Notes: generated by a model from the sequence alone, not told the origin. DNA of 64,000 nt from Takakia lepidozioides (GCA_030704615.1 CM060735.1:1-64000); one strand, 5' to 3'; positions 49,890 through 62,517 are shown, numbered from the stretch's first letter. A program made the numbers and translations.

Positions 49890-50463
49890 TTGATTCGATA
49901 TGCTTACTAGCATATCGAATCAAGCGGAACCTGTTGCCTCCGTGAACTATGGGAGGCTGGGAATCGAACGAAAAGGGGCCTAGGAGAGCTAAGAAGTAAG
50001 CAAAAAAAATATATATATATATTTTTTGCTTACTTCTTAGCTCAGAAGAATGAAACGCATGGTTAGCGGCGTAAGACCACGCGGAAGCGGTTGGTGGGCG
50101 AACGAAGGCTGAGGGTAACAAGCGCACAACGAAGAAAGAAGGAATATAGACCTGCGGCCTATGACCTTCGGTTCTATTCTCCCCAAGGAGCCTTTGGGGC
50201 TCTACTGTCGAAGCAGTTGCAAAGGTCAAATACCCCCCTGTTTCTCTGTCAGTTTTTCCATGCGTATGCTCTTGGTGGCGAGTGAAGGGCTCGAACGTAC
50301 GAATCGTTCGGCCCTGGGGTGCTCATTTTAGGAAATAAAAAATCTAGATTTTTTGGGCGCAGCCCTCTGCCCATGAGGGGCAGAGGGCGCAGCTCTCTTC
50401 GCTCTGCGAATAGGGTGCAGCAAAAATATAGGGTTTTTCCCAAAAAATCCCGGCACCAATAAA

Positions 50464-53400
50464 TCGAAGGACAAATGATGTTGGAAACGCCGTCGTTGAG
50501 GCGAACGAAGCAATAGCTTCAGTTGAAGCAGGACCTGAAATGGCATGACCAAATGATTGCTTAGCCAATGATGGATTTCGCGCAACGGAATGAGGTTGGA
50601 TAGGGGTTATTCTCATGTCGCCCTTCGAAGCAATCAGAAGGTACCCACGATGCGCGATTCCCCCCCCCCCCCCCGATGGAACCGTACGTGATAGTTACCC
50701 ATCATACGGCTCCTCTTTTTCCACATCTCACGTGTTTTCCCCATCTCCGAAGTATTTGCGCCGCTTCCAGGCCGAAGGTTTAACCCGGCGGGTCATTGTA
50801 GATTCCACGTGGTGTCTGTGATATAGTGGTATCTGTTTGCGATTCAGTGCCGAATGTATAGCGCCCAGACCAGTGATCCTTCTGCCGCCTTGGCTTTGTA
50901 CGCTCACTATTTTCTACTGTCCAGACCTTTCCGCCGAATATCAGGTGCATCTCTATATCATCATTCGCGCGACCGAACACAGCGCACCAGCTCTTAGGAA
51001 AAAGGTTACTAGGTGTTAGCCGTATGGTTGTCGAACGTAGGATGTCATCGACTGCATCTCGTCGGATGTTGGTAAGTAACCCTTTTCCCATGCGAGCTAT
51101 GGTTGGGGAACCTGGAAACTTGGCGATTACCTCGCCCTTTCCGTTTAGGCCCCGCGGCCCCTCAGTACATTCGACAATCACCTTTGCGGTATTGCATCGG
51201 TGCTTACTCGCCGGTGTGAATAGCGCTGACCATCTCACCTGGTAGTCCACCAGACGTCGAACCTTGTGGGAATTATCACAGCAGCGGTAGTATCTAAGAG
51301 GTCCATAGGCTGGGGACGAGAAGTAGGACACAATCGCTTCGTCCGAGGAACTGAGCATCGAAGTAAGTGTGGTGGGACGAGCTTTGGTAGGCAGGAGTAT
51401 CCCTTTCCTCCGTAGTTTCTCCGTTATCACCTCCATCGGAGCCAGGATCTGCATGGGTAACACTCCATAGCTTCCCGCCGTCTCCGTCGTAATGTATTCA
51501 CTCTCAGAAATTATTTCTTCTTTCGCTCGTCGACTCATCATCCATCGTCCAAGTAGTTTTATAAAGGCCCCGTCAGCTGTTTATGGGCCTGCAGGATCCC
51601 CTCTGGTTTCACCTCTCTCGACTTTTTCGAGGACGAAATACCTAGTGACCTCTTGTGCTTTTGTGAACATGACCCGTTCCGCCGCTTCCCGAGACGAAAG
51701 GTCCTGTCCAGTCTTCTTAAGAGCCCATGTCCATGCACCAAGGGTTAGATCCCCAATTGATTGTTCCAACTCTCTTTCCGTATCTCCGCCCATTTCTGAA
51801 TGTGGGCCTTGCTTCGACGGCGCTTTCCCATTTCTTCAGAGAAGCGTCTGGGCCATCTGCTGGCCAGGACCCCGGCTATTCTCATCCCGAGAAATAGAAC
51901 CGATCCGCTAGCTATGTGCGCATACAACGCCAGGCCCACTTCTAGGTGTAGATCGGATTTAAAGAACTGCGCAATCCCACCTCGGATCTCCTCAACCAGA
52001 TCTCTCGAGCCCGCGATACCGAGTGGAAATTCTTCCGCGTGGCGTACGTACCGCAATCTCACCAAGCCCGGGTCATCGTGGATTTGTAGCAGGGGCTAAG
52101 CTGGCTGGAGAGCCGATAAAAGATCCAGGCTGAAAGGCCGGGGGAGAAAGGGCCGCAGGGCGCCAGCTCTCTGCCCATGAATGCAGAGGGCGCAGCAAAA
52201 AAAAGAGTTTTCTTGCTGCTGCTGCGCCCCTTCCTGGACCTCTTCAGCTTTCTGGGCTCCTAGTCTCGCCAGCATCGTGGTGTTTCCGCAATGAGCTCGT
52301 CTCTCTGCTTTCGATATAGCGACAGTTTTATTGTACTCTGGGTCCGGTTCCCGCTCGGTTTGGGAGGTGTTGGAGTCACGTTGGATCTTCCCCACTTCCA
52401 GGTCTGGCTCGTTCGGGTAAATGTTGCGAAGTAGGGGTGATATGACGGAGCTACCTTGTGGGACTCCCGCTTCAGGCGATCTGCGGCCTCTGCCTTGAAC
52501 AGCTTCAATATCGGATCCATAAACCGTTGATCATGGATCTCTTCCTGGAGAATCGAGACTAAGCGGTGCCGGTCGATCGTGTCATAGCACTTTCTAATGT
52601 CGAATTCCAGTAACCACGAGATTCCCATCCAAGTGTTTTTGATCTCCTCGAGTGTTGTGTGGCACCCTCGTGAGGGACGGGATCCATGTGGGGAATTGGA
52701 GAAGAGCGGCTCATCTATTTTCTCAAGAGTCATACGCATTGCCTCCTGTATAATTCAGTCCCTCGGGTTCCCTATGCGTTCTTTAACGCGCAGCGGAGAA
52801 TAAAAATAAAAAAAGATATATATTTCTTTTCGGCTTTGCGTCTTCTTGGTTTTGGTACAATAACTCGTCTGACCGGTTGAACCACATAAGATCCCCTTGT
52901 AAGGCTCCCTTGGGCTTTCCGGAACCATTATAGGCTAATACCTCCCAGTGTTTCTACTGCCGGGTCCCATCCGGGATTACCCGGTTTCGACTTCAGCTTT
53001 TCGTAAGCCGCTATCAGTACGTTAAGGTCTGATATTATCTCCATCAGATTATCATACTTCCCACCATTAGGTCCACGCGTTGGTGAATTTCGCCGGGCAA
53101 GCAGCAAAAAAAAAAGTAGTTTTCTTTTTGCTTCCTTTTCCGGGAAAAAGCCGGAACTACATTCCTCGTCGGAGAAAAAATATAGACCTACGGCCTTTCC
53201 TGCGGGAGGTTTTCCATTCATCCCCGGATGTATATCTCTGTCACCGGGATTACCATCCTTGTAGCTGTCATCCCTGTCAACCCGCCCAACCTGTTCAGTG
53301 CCCTCTAAGCCTAACCGACGTGAGTCGGCGACCACAGGTCGTTCATCCCCCCCCTAGGGGCTCCCTTTCACCGTTGATTCTCGGTGTACTTGAGTAGGGG

Positions 53401-56400
53401 CGGCAACCTGTGATGAGAATAATCCCCCCTAGTTCATGGGAGCGGCCATTGTCGAGATTCGTCCACCTACACTTAAACAAGCCACTTTCCTAACTCCGCG
53501 GCATCGCCTCTCCTAGGGAATAGGCGGGAGTTGGATTACTGCCCCCGGCCCCGGCAGGACGCGAAGGAAGCGTCATCGGGTTTCAGATGCGAAGCTCCGC
53601 ACATCGAAGAATTCCGATAGGGTGGTTCCTCCCCCCGGTCAGAACCACACGTGCAAGTTTCCCCGCATGTGGCTCGTCCATGGCAATTTATTCAGCTTTT
53701 GCGGCTTTTTGCCGTATAAGCGCTACTGGTCCTTCTTGCACGGGGACGCGCAGCTACTACGCGATTTCCCCCCGTGCACCTCGTAACTACGGCCTTTGCG
53801 GCATAGTGTGATCTACTTTCTAGATTTGGCTATGGCTGCCTTAACAAGAGCCTTCGGCCCCCTTCAGGATATATTGAAGAGGTCTCAGGTTATGTAGTTC
53901 AAGCTGGTTTGTGCTACCGCACAATTCGCATTCCTTCCCCAGTTGTGAGTAGTCCGCCCGCTCTATCCACGCCTCACTCTATCACGTTCCTCGGTTATAG
54001 TTCTTCGGGTATAGTTACCTCACTAAATCGAGGGGCTTTTATTTTATGTGAAACTTTCCCAGAGTTTTCGGAGAAGTGAGGTAGTATAGTGACGCTACCT
54101 CCTGACCTTTTTCCGTGATCCGCAGGTTCGAACCAGATTTGTGTAAAGCAGCCCCGGTTGACCGTAGGCTATGTTTTCTGGCCTTAGAGCGCAGGACTTT
54201 CTATAGATGATGGACACAACTTTCCATAGGGAAGAGCGCTTGTTCACGAATGAATAATAGTTAACGATGCCGCGTATCACCGATGAGAAATGAGTCACAA
54301 TGTTTTTGTCCCCTGGGGCCGCCAATCGTTGATTGGAGGTTGCTCGGGCTGATCCCTTGGCGTTTCGTTTCGCATATTCACGTTCCAAGGCTTCAGTTAT
54401 TAATAAGTCCTTGATGGGAGCGATTAGTCATGGACGTGTTATCGATCGGAGTCTGGTTGGTTTGACGTGAGATACCTCGTCAGTGCTTAGAGTTCCCACA
54501 CTTCCGATGCCGTAATATGTTACTAATGCGCCTGAGTATTTGGCCATTTCGGACTTTGCGTCTAATATTGGACCTTTTCGTTCGTTCATGTCTAACTTAA
54601 GTTCTTCCTTCAGGAAGTTTTGCACGGCCCTTCGGATATCCAAGGCATCTTGTTTGCTACCGTCCTTTGGATTAAGATTAAGATTCTTCTTCTATTCCGC
54701 CAACGCGGGACGCATATCCCCTACATTGTATCTGGGTATTAGTACGTCTTCGACATAGCGGTCCAATTCATGTGGGAAAATATTGGCACGAAGCGGGGAT
54801 ATGATAGAGCCCTTACGGCCTCTGCGTCGTATTGCGTTCGATCTGTAAGGTTGTATACATCAACATAGCCCGCGTCAAGTAGCTTTCGTATGAGATCCTG
54901 TGGTGCTTTAGATCGCAGCACTGGTTCCATTTTATTAATAAGCAGATCGTGCTGAATCTTGTCTAAATATTTTTCAATTTGTACAAGCCGAGTCATGGCC
55001 GTCCACGAGTACCGCAGGTCTCGGAAGACTGTATGACAGCTTCCCCCAGGGCGAAAACTGTGGCTTGATTCTCTGGAAAGAGGCTCAACGGTTCCACCAG
55101 TCCGAGGTGGATTGCGCAATTTCGCCAACCATCGAAGCAATAGAAAAAGGCCTACTATTCCCACCATCCGGTTCAGGAATCATGATTCGTTTGGCCGGTT
55201 TCGGAGCATGCATAAGTCTGCCCTCTCAAAAACTCTTTGGATAGTCTCTCAAGGCCCTTGTCAGTCATTTCCGCTTCGGTTCCACTGTCGGTTCCTGGGG
55301 CAGGGCTACATTATCTCTTGGTCTCCTGTAGCCAGCAACCCTGAGGTTGTCTATGTCGTAAATGTCCTCGTAGGAGACGCGATCGGGCGCAGGAGGCGCC
55401 ACCGGTCTAGACTCACCTTTATTGGCGTTAGTTCTAGTAGTTGCTTTCGCTGATTCTGCTACCCTTTCCAGCCGCGGACACGCCGCGTCTTTCCGGGGTA
55501 GCGCATTACCATCTACAGCCCTTCCCTCAAAGTCTTTCACGTTACGGGCATCGTCGTATGTGCGACTTGTTTTGCCCAGTGTATCCCTCGGAGTACTTAT
55601 GGCTGATCTGTCACCCATTCCCTTTTCGGTTATACCTTGGTCCCTTGGGTTTTCGCGCCTAGGTGTCAGCCCTTTCGGGGTCCATTGGGGTGATCCCTCG
55701 CTTTCACGTTTGGTTGTTTGCTCGTCGTTTAGGTTAGTGAGCGTCTTTTCATGCTCTTTGCAGTTTCCCCCGGAGGGTTGTTCGCACCAAGGGTTTAGTT
55801 GGGCCTTGGAGCCTTCCGGGCCACCTTTGTTGGAAGGGGTAACGCTTGACCCTGATGCACTCGCGATAACCGTGCGACGAAACTCGGCCAGACCCCATGC
55901 TATGGTTCCCTGCGGTCTGTTTCCGCGCTATAGGTCAGGGGACCGCCCGTGCGATAATCTGTTAACCTTCGCTGATCCAAACGCGCTCTGGCGAGGCGCA
56001 CACTAAATACGTTTCCAATACCTACAGCAGCTCCCGCTGAAGCAATGGTAGCTGCTCCTGCTCCAATGTTAACCTAAGCCGCTCCATCGCTGGCGCAGCT
56101 CGGCTTCCGAACCGTACGTGAGCCTACGGCCTCATACGGCTCTTCTCATAATGTTTGTATCTTTGCGAGTCTTGGCCATGTGAAAGAAAGTGTTTATGCA
56201 GCAATTGAAGGTTTGCATAAGTGTCCTGCTACGCCATCCGCTTCCTCCGGGAGTAATGTGATCCACCTCTACCAAATCCCCGACATTAATAGCCTTCGGC
56301 ACTGGTTAAAGAGGCCTCCCCGCACCTCCTTCCAAGAGCCTAAGCTATCGTTGATTCGGATGCTTCCGCAGTCTTACACTCCACTCAGTACATCGTATCA

Positions 56401-57496
56401 CCATCGAACGGTTACAAAAAAAAATATTTATTTTATTTGTTGGCTGAACAGAGGCCGAAGGGATGCGACGCATGGGTTGTGCACCTCCATCTAACTGCAA
56501 TGTTCGCACCATCTCCGATCTCGACTCTCCGGTGGTGATAGATAATAGTATTGTCCACCCTGCAGCCTGCCTTTGTTTGACGTACCGCACGGCTATCAAT
56601 CTGGCCTGTACTCCAGCCGTTAGCCGTTCTTGGAGTGCCTGCATTTTCCCATGGTCATTCTGTCGCGAAGCCTTGTAGATCCTGGATTGTAATCTGAACA
56701 CATACCCTTCGACCTTTGGCCAGGGCGCAGCGTGTCCAGGCCGAAGGTAAATAAAAATAGAGTTTTTTCGCAGGTTTTATTTTTCGCTTTTGGATATTCA
56801 TAAAAATACCACTTTAAAAAAAATATATATTTTTTTTTTGCTGCACCCTCTCACCCAAGGTGCGGAGCGCCCAGTTCTTTTTTCGAAGTTATGAGTCTCC
56901 AAGTGGGCATATCACGATCATTTACCACCGCGCTTTCGCTTCTTGGAGAATCCTGCTATCAATGAACATGTGGCCTGGCTAGCCTACCCTACGATCATTC
57001 GTTTGGAGTTCAAGGTAGTTACCCCGTTCCCAAGTCGGATTGTTGCGAGAACCTGAAAGACGAGCAATACTGCGGGAGGTGGAACACGAACGTAGGACGT
57101 AGTGGAAGCAACTACTTCCCCGGCCTCTCTTTCCGTATTCCCAGAATGCCTGTGATTAGAAATCAAGCTAATCATACTGTTCCTCATTGACTTGTGGTCT
57201 AGCCCCCAATAAGGGTTCAGCATACCGAAGGTGATCGGGCACCGAAGCTTAAACTCGTTCACGAAAGTGTTCCTCTCGGTCTTCTTCCTGCGACCATTCT
57301 GCTACGAATTCCGGGGTTGCCACTCCCATGTAATGATCGAGAGTTTGCGGGACATTACCGCGCGACAGGGATTACACCTGCATCCGACGAGAGTTAGAAT
57401 ATTAAGTTCCGGCCAAAAAGAAATATATTTCTCTTTGCAAAAGTACTTTTAAGCTTGTAGGCCAACGGGTCGCACTGATTTTGCACCTTCTAGCGT
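50464..57496 (-). CDS. atp9: ATP synthase subunit 9; exons 57496-57476, 56067-56002, 53610-53603, 50593-50464; ACG start and CGA stop created by editing
   Basis: The spliced 225 nt give (M)LEGAKS|[22 protein letters not shown]|SSI|[12 protein letters not shown]...TEAIA. Confidence 0.95.
50594..53602 (-). mobile_element. group II intron atp9i95g2 with degraded maturase
   Basis: Starts [41 protein letters not shown] and VDYQVRWSA fragments are present. DV lies at about 50680-50713. Confidence 0.92.
53611..56001 (-). mobile_element. group II intron atp9i87g2 with degraded maturase
   Basis: Starts [18 protein letters not shown] and [11 protein letters not shown] fragments are present. DV GAGCCACATGCGGGGAAACTTGCACGTGTGGTTC. 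Ends GGAAT. Confidence 0.92.
56068..57475 (-). mobile_element. group II intron atp9i21g2 with internally deleted maturase remnant
   Basis: Starts GTGCGACCCG. An N-terminal RT remnant [11 protein letters not shown]...LIAVRYV is present. Ends CTTAGGTTAAC. Confidence 0.92.
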
Positions 57497-58360
57497 AACC
57501 ATTTAATTTTTGTTTTTGTCAAAACAATGACCATTCAGGGGCTGATCAATCAAAATGAAGCCAACCCAACCATTTAGCCCAAAAGGGGTGATGTCATGTC
57601 CATTTCATGTGGTTGGAACACAAAGGAAGGCTCGAAGATGTGTTCTATTTACACAATCTCCACTGGTGTAGCCAGTAGAGCGGAGAGACTTTTCGGAGTC
57701 GTATGGCTGGAAGTTGCGCTTCATACTCAGTCTCATGAGGAATGCAATTACTATGTAATTGCTAGAGAGTAGGGAGAAAAAGAAATATTTTTTCTTCACC
57801 CTCTGCCTTCTCGTCTCTCGACTCCAATCCGGTGTTCTTCTCCCCGGATGGTTTGATAGAACCTAAGTCCTAAAGAATAGACTCGACAAGTTCGATCCTT
57901 CGGCCTGCGGCTCTTTTTCGTAAAGCCAAAAGCTTCCGCCCCCCAAGCACTCGAATCTTCGAAAGCCGGAGGTACGACGGGAATTTCCGTCGTGTCCGTC
58001 GTGGAAGTTGCGAGAATATCCGTTGTGCCTGGCGTACCGGCCCCTGTATCATTCGAAACAACGGAAAAAAAAAATTCCCTGTGATCCATTGAGCCTTTTA
58101 ATAATTTTAGTTATTGTTGTTCTTCATAGAAAGGAAGCCTATTTACCAACAAACCTGGCTGGTTTTTAGGACATACTAGGGCTCGAAAGGACTGGCACTT
58201 GTTGTTATCTCCCCGGATGTGCTAGACCCGCTGTTAGATAACGAGAGCCCCCCCCCTCCCTACATCAGCATCAGGAGAAGGTGGAACCGGACCTGTATCC
58301 TGGAATTTCACTATGTGTTGTCAAGACTATGTGTTGTCAAGTAATTGAAAATGAATAACT

Positions 58361-58729
58361 TTATGGTGATATTTGAACACGGCGTCTTTTAGGGGGTCGG
58401 CATCCATTATGTGGCGTTGGGGTTACATCTCTAATTCTGGTAATAATAAGACCTCCTAGTCGTAAACCACGTAGCGAAGATTCCTTTCCATAACCTAATC
58501 CTTTTATTCTAACTTCAACCGACTTAATTCCCGGTCGAATGGCAGTTCGCGCGGCATTTTCTGCAGTTGCTTGAGCAGCATAATTGGTTGAGCGACGAGA
58601 TCCCTTGAACCCCGATGAACCTGAGGAGGACCAAGTTTTTGTATCTCCTTTATAATCCGTTGCAGTAATAATGGTATTACTTAAAGTTGATTGAGTATAT
58701 GCAATACCGTGCTTTTCTTTTTTTTGCAT
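58361..58729 (-). CDS. rps11: ribosomal protein S11; probable CAA->UAA stop at 58373-58375
   Basis: SSGSSGFKGSRRSTNYAAQ, KGLGYGKESS and DVTPTPHNGCRPPKRRRV. Confidence 0.95.
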   Translation of the reverse strand: MQKKEKHGIAYTQSTLSNTIITATDYKGDTKTWSSSGSSGFKGSRRSTNYAAQATAENAARTAIRPGIKSVEVRIKGLGYGKESSLRGLRLGGLIITRIRDVTPTPHNGCRPPKRRRVQISP

Positions 58730-59182
58730 GAGTTTTTTTTGAATGTTTAGATTCCGTTTGATATCATCGATTGGGGTTTTTTATGATCCATCTCATCCGT
58801 TTACTAATGAGAAATAAATTTGGTAGAAAATAAGAACGAGTTTGTACAGAATAATCCATTTCATTGAACGAGAGAGAAGGCCGCAACTTTTCGTTCTCTG
58901 GCTCAGAGAATCAACCGTATTCTCTTCTCTGAGCCCGCCCCCGCCTCTTGGCAGTTGCAACGCGGGGATAGATGAGGAATATGCGACGATTCAAGAAAAA
59001 AAAAATATATATTTCTTTGCCTGTATGCCAATAGGAGCCGGCCGGCCTTACCAATCGACGATGTTTTTGCGGGGGAAAAGTCAATCACAAGCCGTGTCGT
59101 TGAGTTTAAAATTCATTACACATCGCTTCGCGCCTCCATTATCGCGAGTGATGATAAAAAAACCTACAGCCTGCAGCCTGAA

Positions 59183-59557
59183 TCAACTTCGTTTATTGAT
59201 CGAAACGTTTCCGAATTTGCGACAAATCTTAGCATTAGTAGGATTTCGTTGACCGCGTAGGGGCAATCCTGCAATATGGCGAAAACCACGATAACAACCA
59301 ATACTTATCAATTGTTTGATATCCCTCTGAATTACTCTCTCCGATTCTGAATCAACCAAATAATTTTGACTCATTATTATTTTGATAATTTGGTTAATTG
59401 GAGTTGACTTATTAAACTTAATGTTAATTGAGGCCTGATTGATCACAAACTTAAATTTTTTTTTAGGGCCAATTTCAGAGATTCGAGTTGAGAAGCAATT
59501 TATACTTGTCCATTCGACACTAAATTAGTTCCTAAAATATATTAATTATGATGACAT
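59183..59557 (-). pseudogene. rps13: rps13 pseudogene
   Basis: The 3' half is recognisable (IGCYRGFRHIAGLPLRGQR). The 5' half has a stop 3 codons after the ATG and several frameshifts. Confidence 0.85.
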
Positions 59558-59560
59558 GAT

Positions 59561-59875
59561 TTATTTTTTTTTTTTCTTGTTTCCCACGTAGAATTCCGTT
59601 TCGATATTGTATACCTTTTCCTTTACAAATTTAAGGAGGTTTACAACTTTTGACGCTGGCAGCAAATTGAGTTACTTTTTGATGATCTATTCCAGTACAA
59701 CAAATGAGATTAGGCTTGAAGCGAAAAACGCGAACTGAAGGCGTAACTGTAACTTGAAGTCGAATCTCAGGACTAAATCCTAATTTTGAATATGAAATAG
59801 AGCCTTGTGGGGTACTACTGGCTTTGTATCCAACTCCAACCAATTATTAAAAAAAAAAAATAATTTGACTTCCAT
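59561..59875 (-). pseudogene. rpl6: rpl6 pseudogene
   Basis: MEVK, then a frameshift, then GVGYKAS...KLGFS...GIDHQKVTQFAA...KPP*xxKGKGIQY, with TAA in place of the conserved E. Confidence 0.85.
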
Positions 59876-59892
59876 AAACTCGACTTGATTTT

Positions 59893-62485
59893 TTCTATAA
59901 ACTCGGCATAGAATCTCAACACCACCCAAATTGGTTCTTCGTACTTCACGATCACATATCAGAGCCCCCTTTGATGAAGTGGATAAGATTATTATACCAA
60001 GCCCTTGCTTTTTCTTGATAGACGAGTTGTTGATGAAGAAATTAGAAACCCTGGTTCGGAGATTGTTTCCATTCTTTTTATTGAACCTATTCCAGAAGAG
60101 TGACACTTTAATTCCCAAGCTTCCGTTTGTTTCCTTAGAGAATCCGTGAATATAACCTTCATTGTACAAAATTATACAGAAATCCTAACAGAGACGCGAG
60201 ACGAAAACACCAGGCGGTGATGCCGACAGGCAGAGAAGACCAAGCGTTTTATTCTCCTGTTTATTTTTTTGGAATAATTAGGCTAGGTGTAGGCCCTTCC
60301 CCCCAGGAGAACCATACGTGAAAGCTTTCCCTTCATACAGCTCAAGTTGATTCTCGGAAGCCTGTCGGGCGTCCGCAGGCGCTTTCGGGGCATTCTTGGT
60401 TCATTCGCAAATTCAGTATTACCTTGCGTGACTTGCTGGTGGCAAGTAGCATGCAAAGGTTAGATGTTAGAAGTATCCCAGCCGCCACCTCTCGACCGAG
60501 GTTCGATGTGGTGCAGATCCACCAGTTCCCCATTTTATAATGACTCTCCATAGACTATACACCGGTAATCACACCTGCGCGGTAGACTTCCTCTTTGTAC
60601 GGAGATAGAATTATAAGCATTCTGCGCTTCTAATAATAGCTCTGGTCCTCGCTTAGGAGGTATGGGTCGAACCCTTGTTTCAGGGGTTTGACCATTACGG
60701 ATTTGACAGTTGTGATGTCGAACAAAAGCTGCTTGTCTGACGCTCTCCAGTCGTTTTTCCGGTGAGGGGACGGGAAAGTCTATTTTATTAGTAACCACCT
60801 CATCGGGCGGGTAGGGAGTTTCTTGTAAGCCCATCCGAGCATGCTGCACCAGACGTTAGTTCCTTCCCTGCTTGGTTTTATAGTTGCGGCGGATAAAATT
60901 CGCACGTAACTGGACCGACCTCTCAGGATAAGCTTAAAATCTCGTGCAATTATAGCAATGTGGTTCTTCAACGCCACCAACTCGCGCACCCTGATACGCG
61001 CCACACTTTGTGGGCTAGGTAGGATTGTGATACGATAACAGTTTACGCTCGGCGAGACGTTGTTGAACCTAGGGCGGCGAAGCCCGTGGTTTCAATATCC
61101 TTAATCCTAGAAGACCCTGCTGGATATTTATTACCTTGGTTTTGGCCTCTCCGAAGACAAGACCGCGTCCTTTTTGGAATTGCGCGACTGCCGATTCTAC
61201 CACTTCGGTCAGGAAGGTCGGGTCGGCCCCAGTGATGACGGAATCGTCTGCATACCTTTTCACGTGACACTTGGACGTTGGCCTGGGAGGGGCTTTCGCG
61301 CATTCCAGTACCACCGCCTCAAGACCGTTGAGGGCGACATTGGCCAGGAGTGGGGGCATCCTGCGGCCTCGCGAAGTGGGCCGATCGATATCGTCTGAAC
61401 CCATAGGAATGAATGAATGGGGGTGTCTGATTGGCATTCCACGATGAGGTCGACTGCCGGAAGATAGAGCGCTGGCATTGCCCCGTCTTTCGTGGTAGGA
61501 AAGCCCAGCAGACACTTCTCATCCGTCTCGGGTTTGGGGCGCGTAGCGCGGCGCACAGGTCAGGCTCGGTCGGTATTAAGAGGCCGAAGGCCGCACATCG
61601 CTGTAGAAGCGCCAGAAAACGTAAAGCCAAAAATAATTTATATTTTTGTTTTTCGAACTGCGCTTCGCGCCTCGGTCTCCTGTCGATTAGTGGTCCGAAT
61701 CTAACCATCCACACCCGGTGTTCCAGCACCGGAATAGTTACCCGTCTCACCGCCGGGGTCTATGCGCTGGGGCTAGTTACTAGTTTGCCTCGGAAATTGT
61801 AGACCTGAAAACGCCTACGGACTCCCATACCACCACAATTTAAAAAAAGGCAGTTTTTGTTCTTCGGGCGCCGCTTCTACGGTTCAACCCAGTGCTTGAA
61901 CACGCCGAGTTGCCCTCATATTTGCTTTGATCCAATTGTAGTAAATGTCACTTTACCCAAGTAAGCCACCTTTCGACGCAGGTCACGTAACCCTATCCGA
62001 GCCTTTACAGCTCGGTCTTCGCTTTTTTGGGTTCCCTCTACCCACATCTCGTCATATGCCCTTACGGGCGCACCTCCATATGGAGAAATAGGGGTTTACC
62101 ATGTTGTTCCATTAATAGCACCTAACCTATGCCGATTTTTAGGACTGTACTATACCCCGGGGAACTCATGCGGTTTCGACATGCCCAAAATACAAAGGCA
62201 AATCCGTTCACAGTTCACAGTCTGTCAAACTATCCAGTCGAGCCCGGAGGCTCGTCCTGGTCATCCTTGACGAGCTTTTAGACATCCGCTTACGGTGTCC
62301 CCCCTCAACTCAACCTAGCCCCTAGCTTGGAAGTACGTTGTTCCCAAGGCTTCATACCAAGTCTTTTCAGTAAAGGAAGGCTTGAGTAGGGTCAGGCAGA
62401 AACTGTTGCCCGATGGGAACTTTCCCCATATGGCTATTAATGTCTTCATGTCGCACCTAGATAAAAGATTACTTGATGTATGCAG
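59893..62485 (-). pseudogene. rps8: rps8 pseudogene, interrupted by a group II intron
   Basis: Exon 1 reads (CTG)HTSSNLLS-S|I. Exon 2 fragments LYNEGYIHGF, GLGIIILSTS.KG, DREVR and GGVEILC carry stops and frameshifts. Confidence 0.85.
60277..62456 (-). mobile_element. group II (IIB-like) intron at rps8 position 29, with degraded RT
   Basis: Starts GTGCGAC, DV GAGCTGTATGAAGGGAAAGCTTTCACGTATGGTTC, ends CCTAGCCTAAT. SYGFRRYRS, PLLANVALNGLE and RYADD fragments are present. Confidence 0.9.
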
Positions 62486-62517
62486 CAAGAAAAACTATTT
62501 TTTTTTGCTGCGCCCTC
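62482..62517. repeat. representative copy of the small palindromic dispersed element (GAGGGCGCAGC-An-x-Tn-GCTGC)
   Basis: Related copies lie at about 1726, 5935, 8855, 9677, 11091, 14316, 23737, 52186 and 56816. Confidence 0.8.

Noticed and set aside
59631-59633. U-to-C editing rescuing the rpl6 stop
   Set aside because: TAA->CAA gives Q rather than the conserved E, a frameshift remains, and there is no other evidence of reverse editing.
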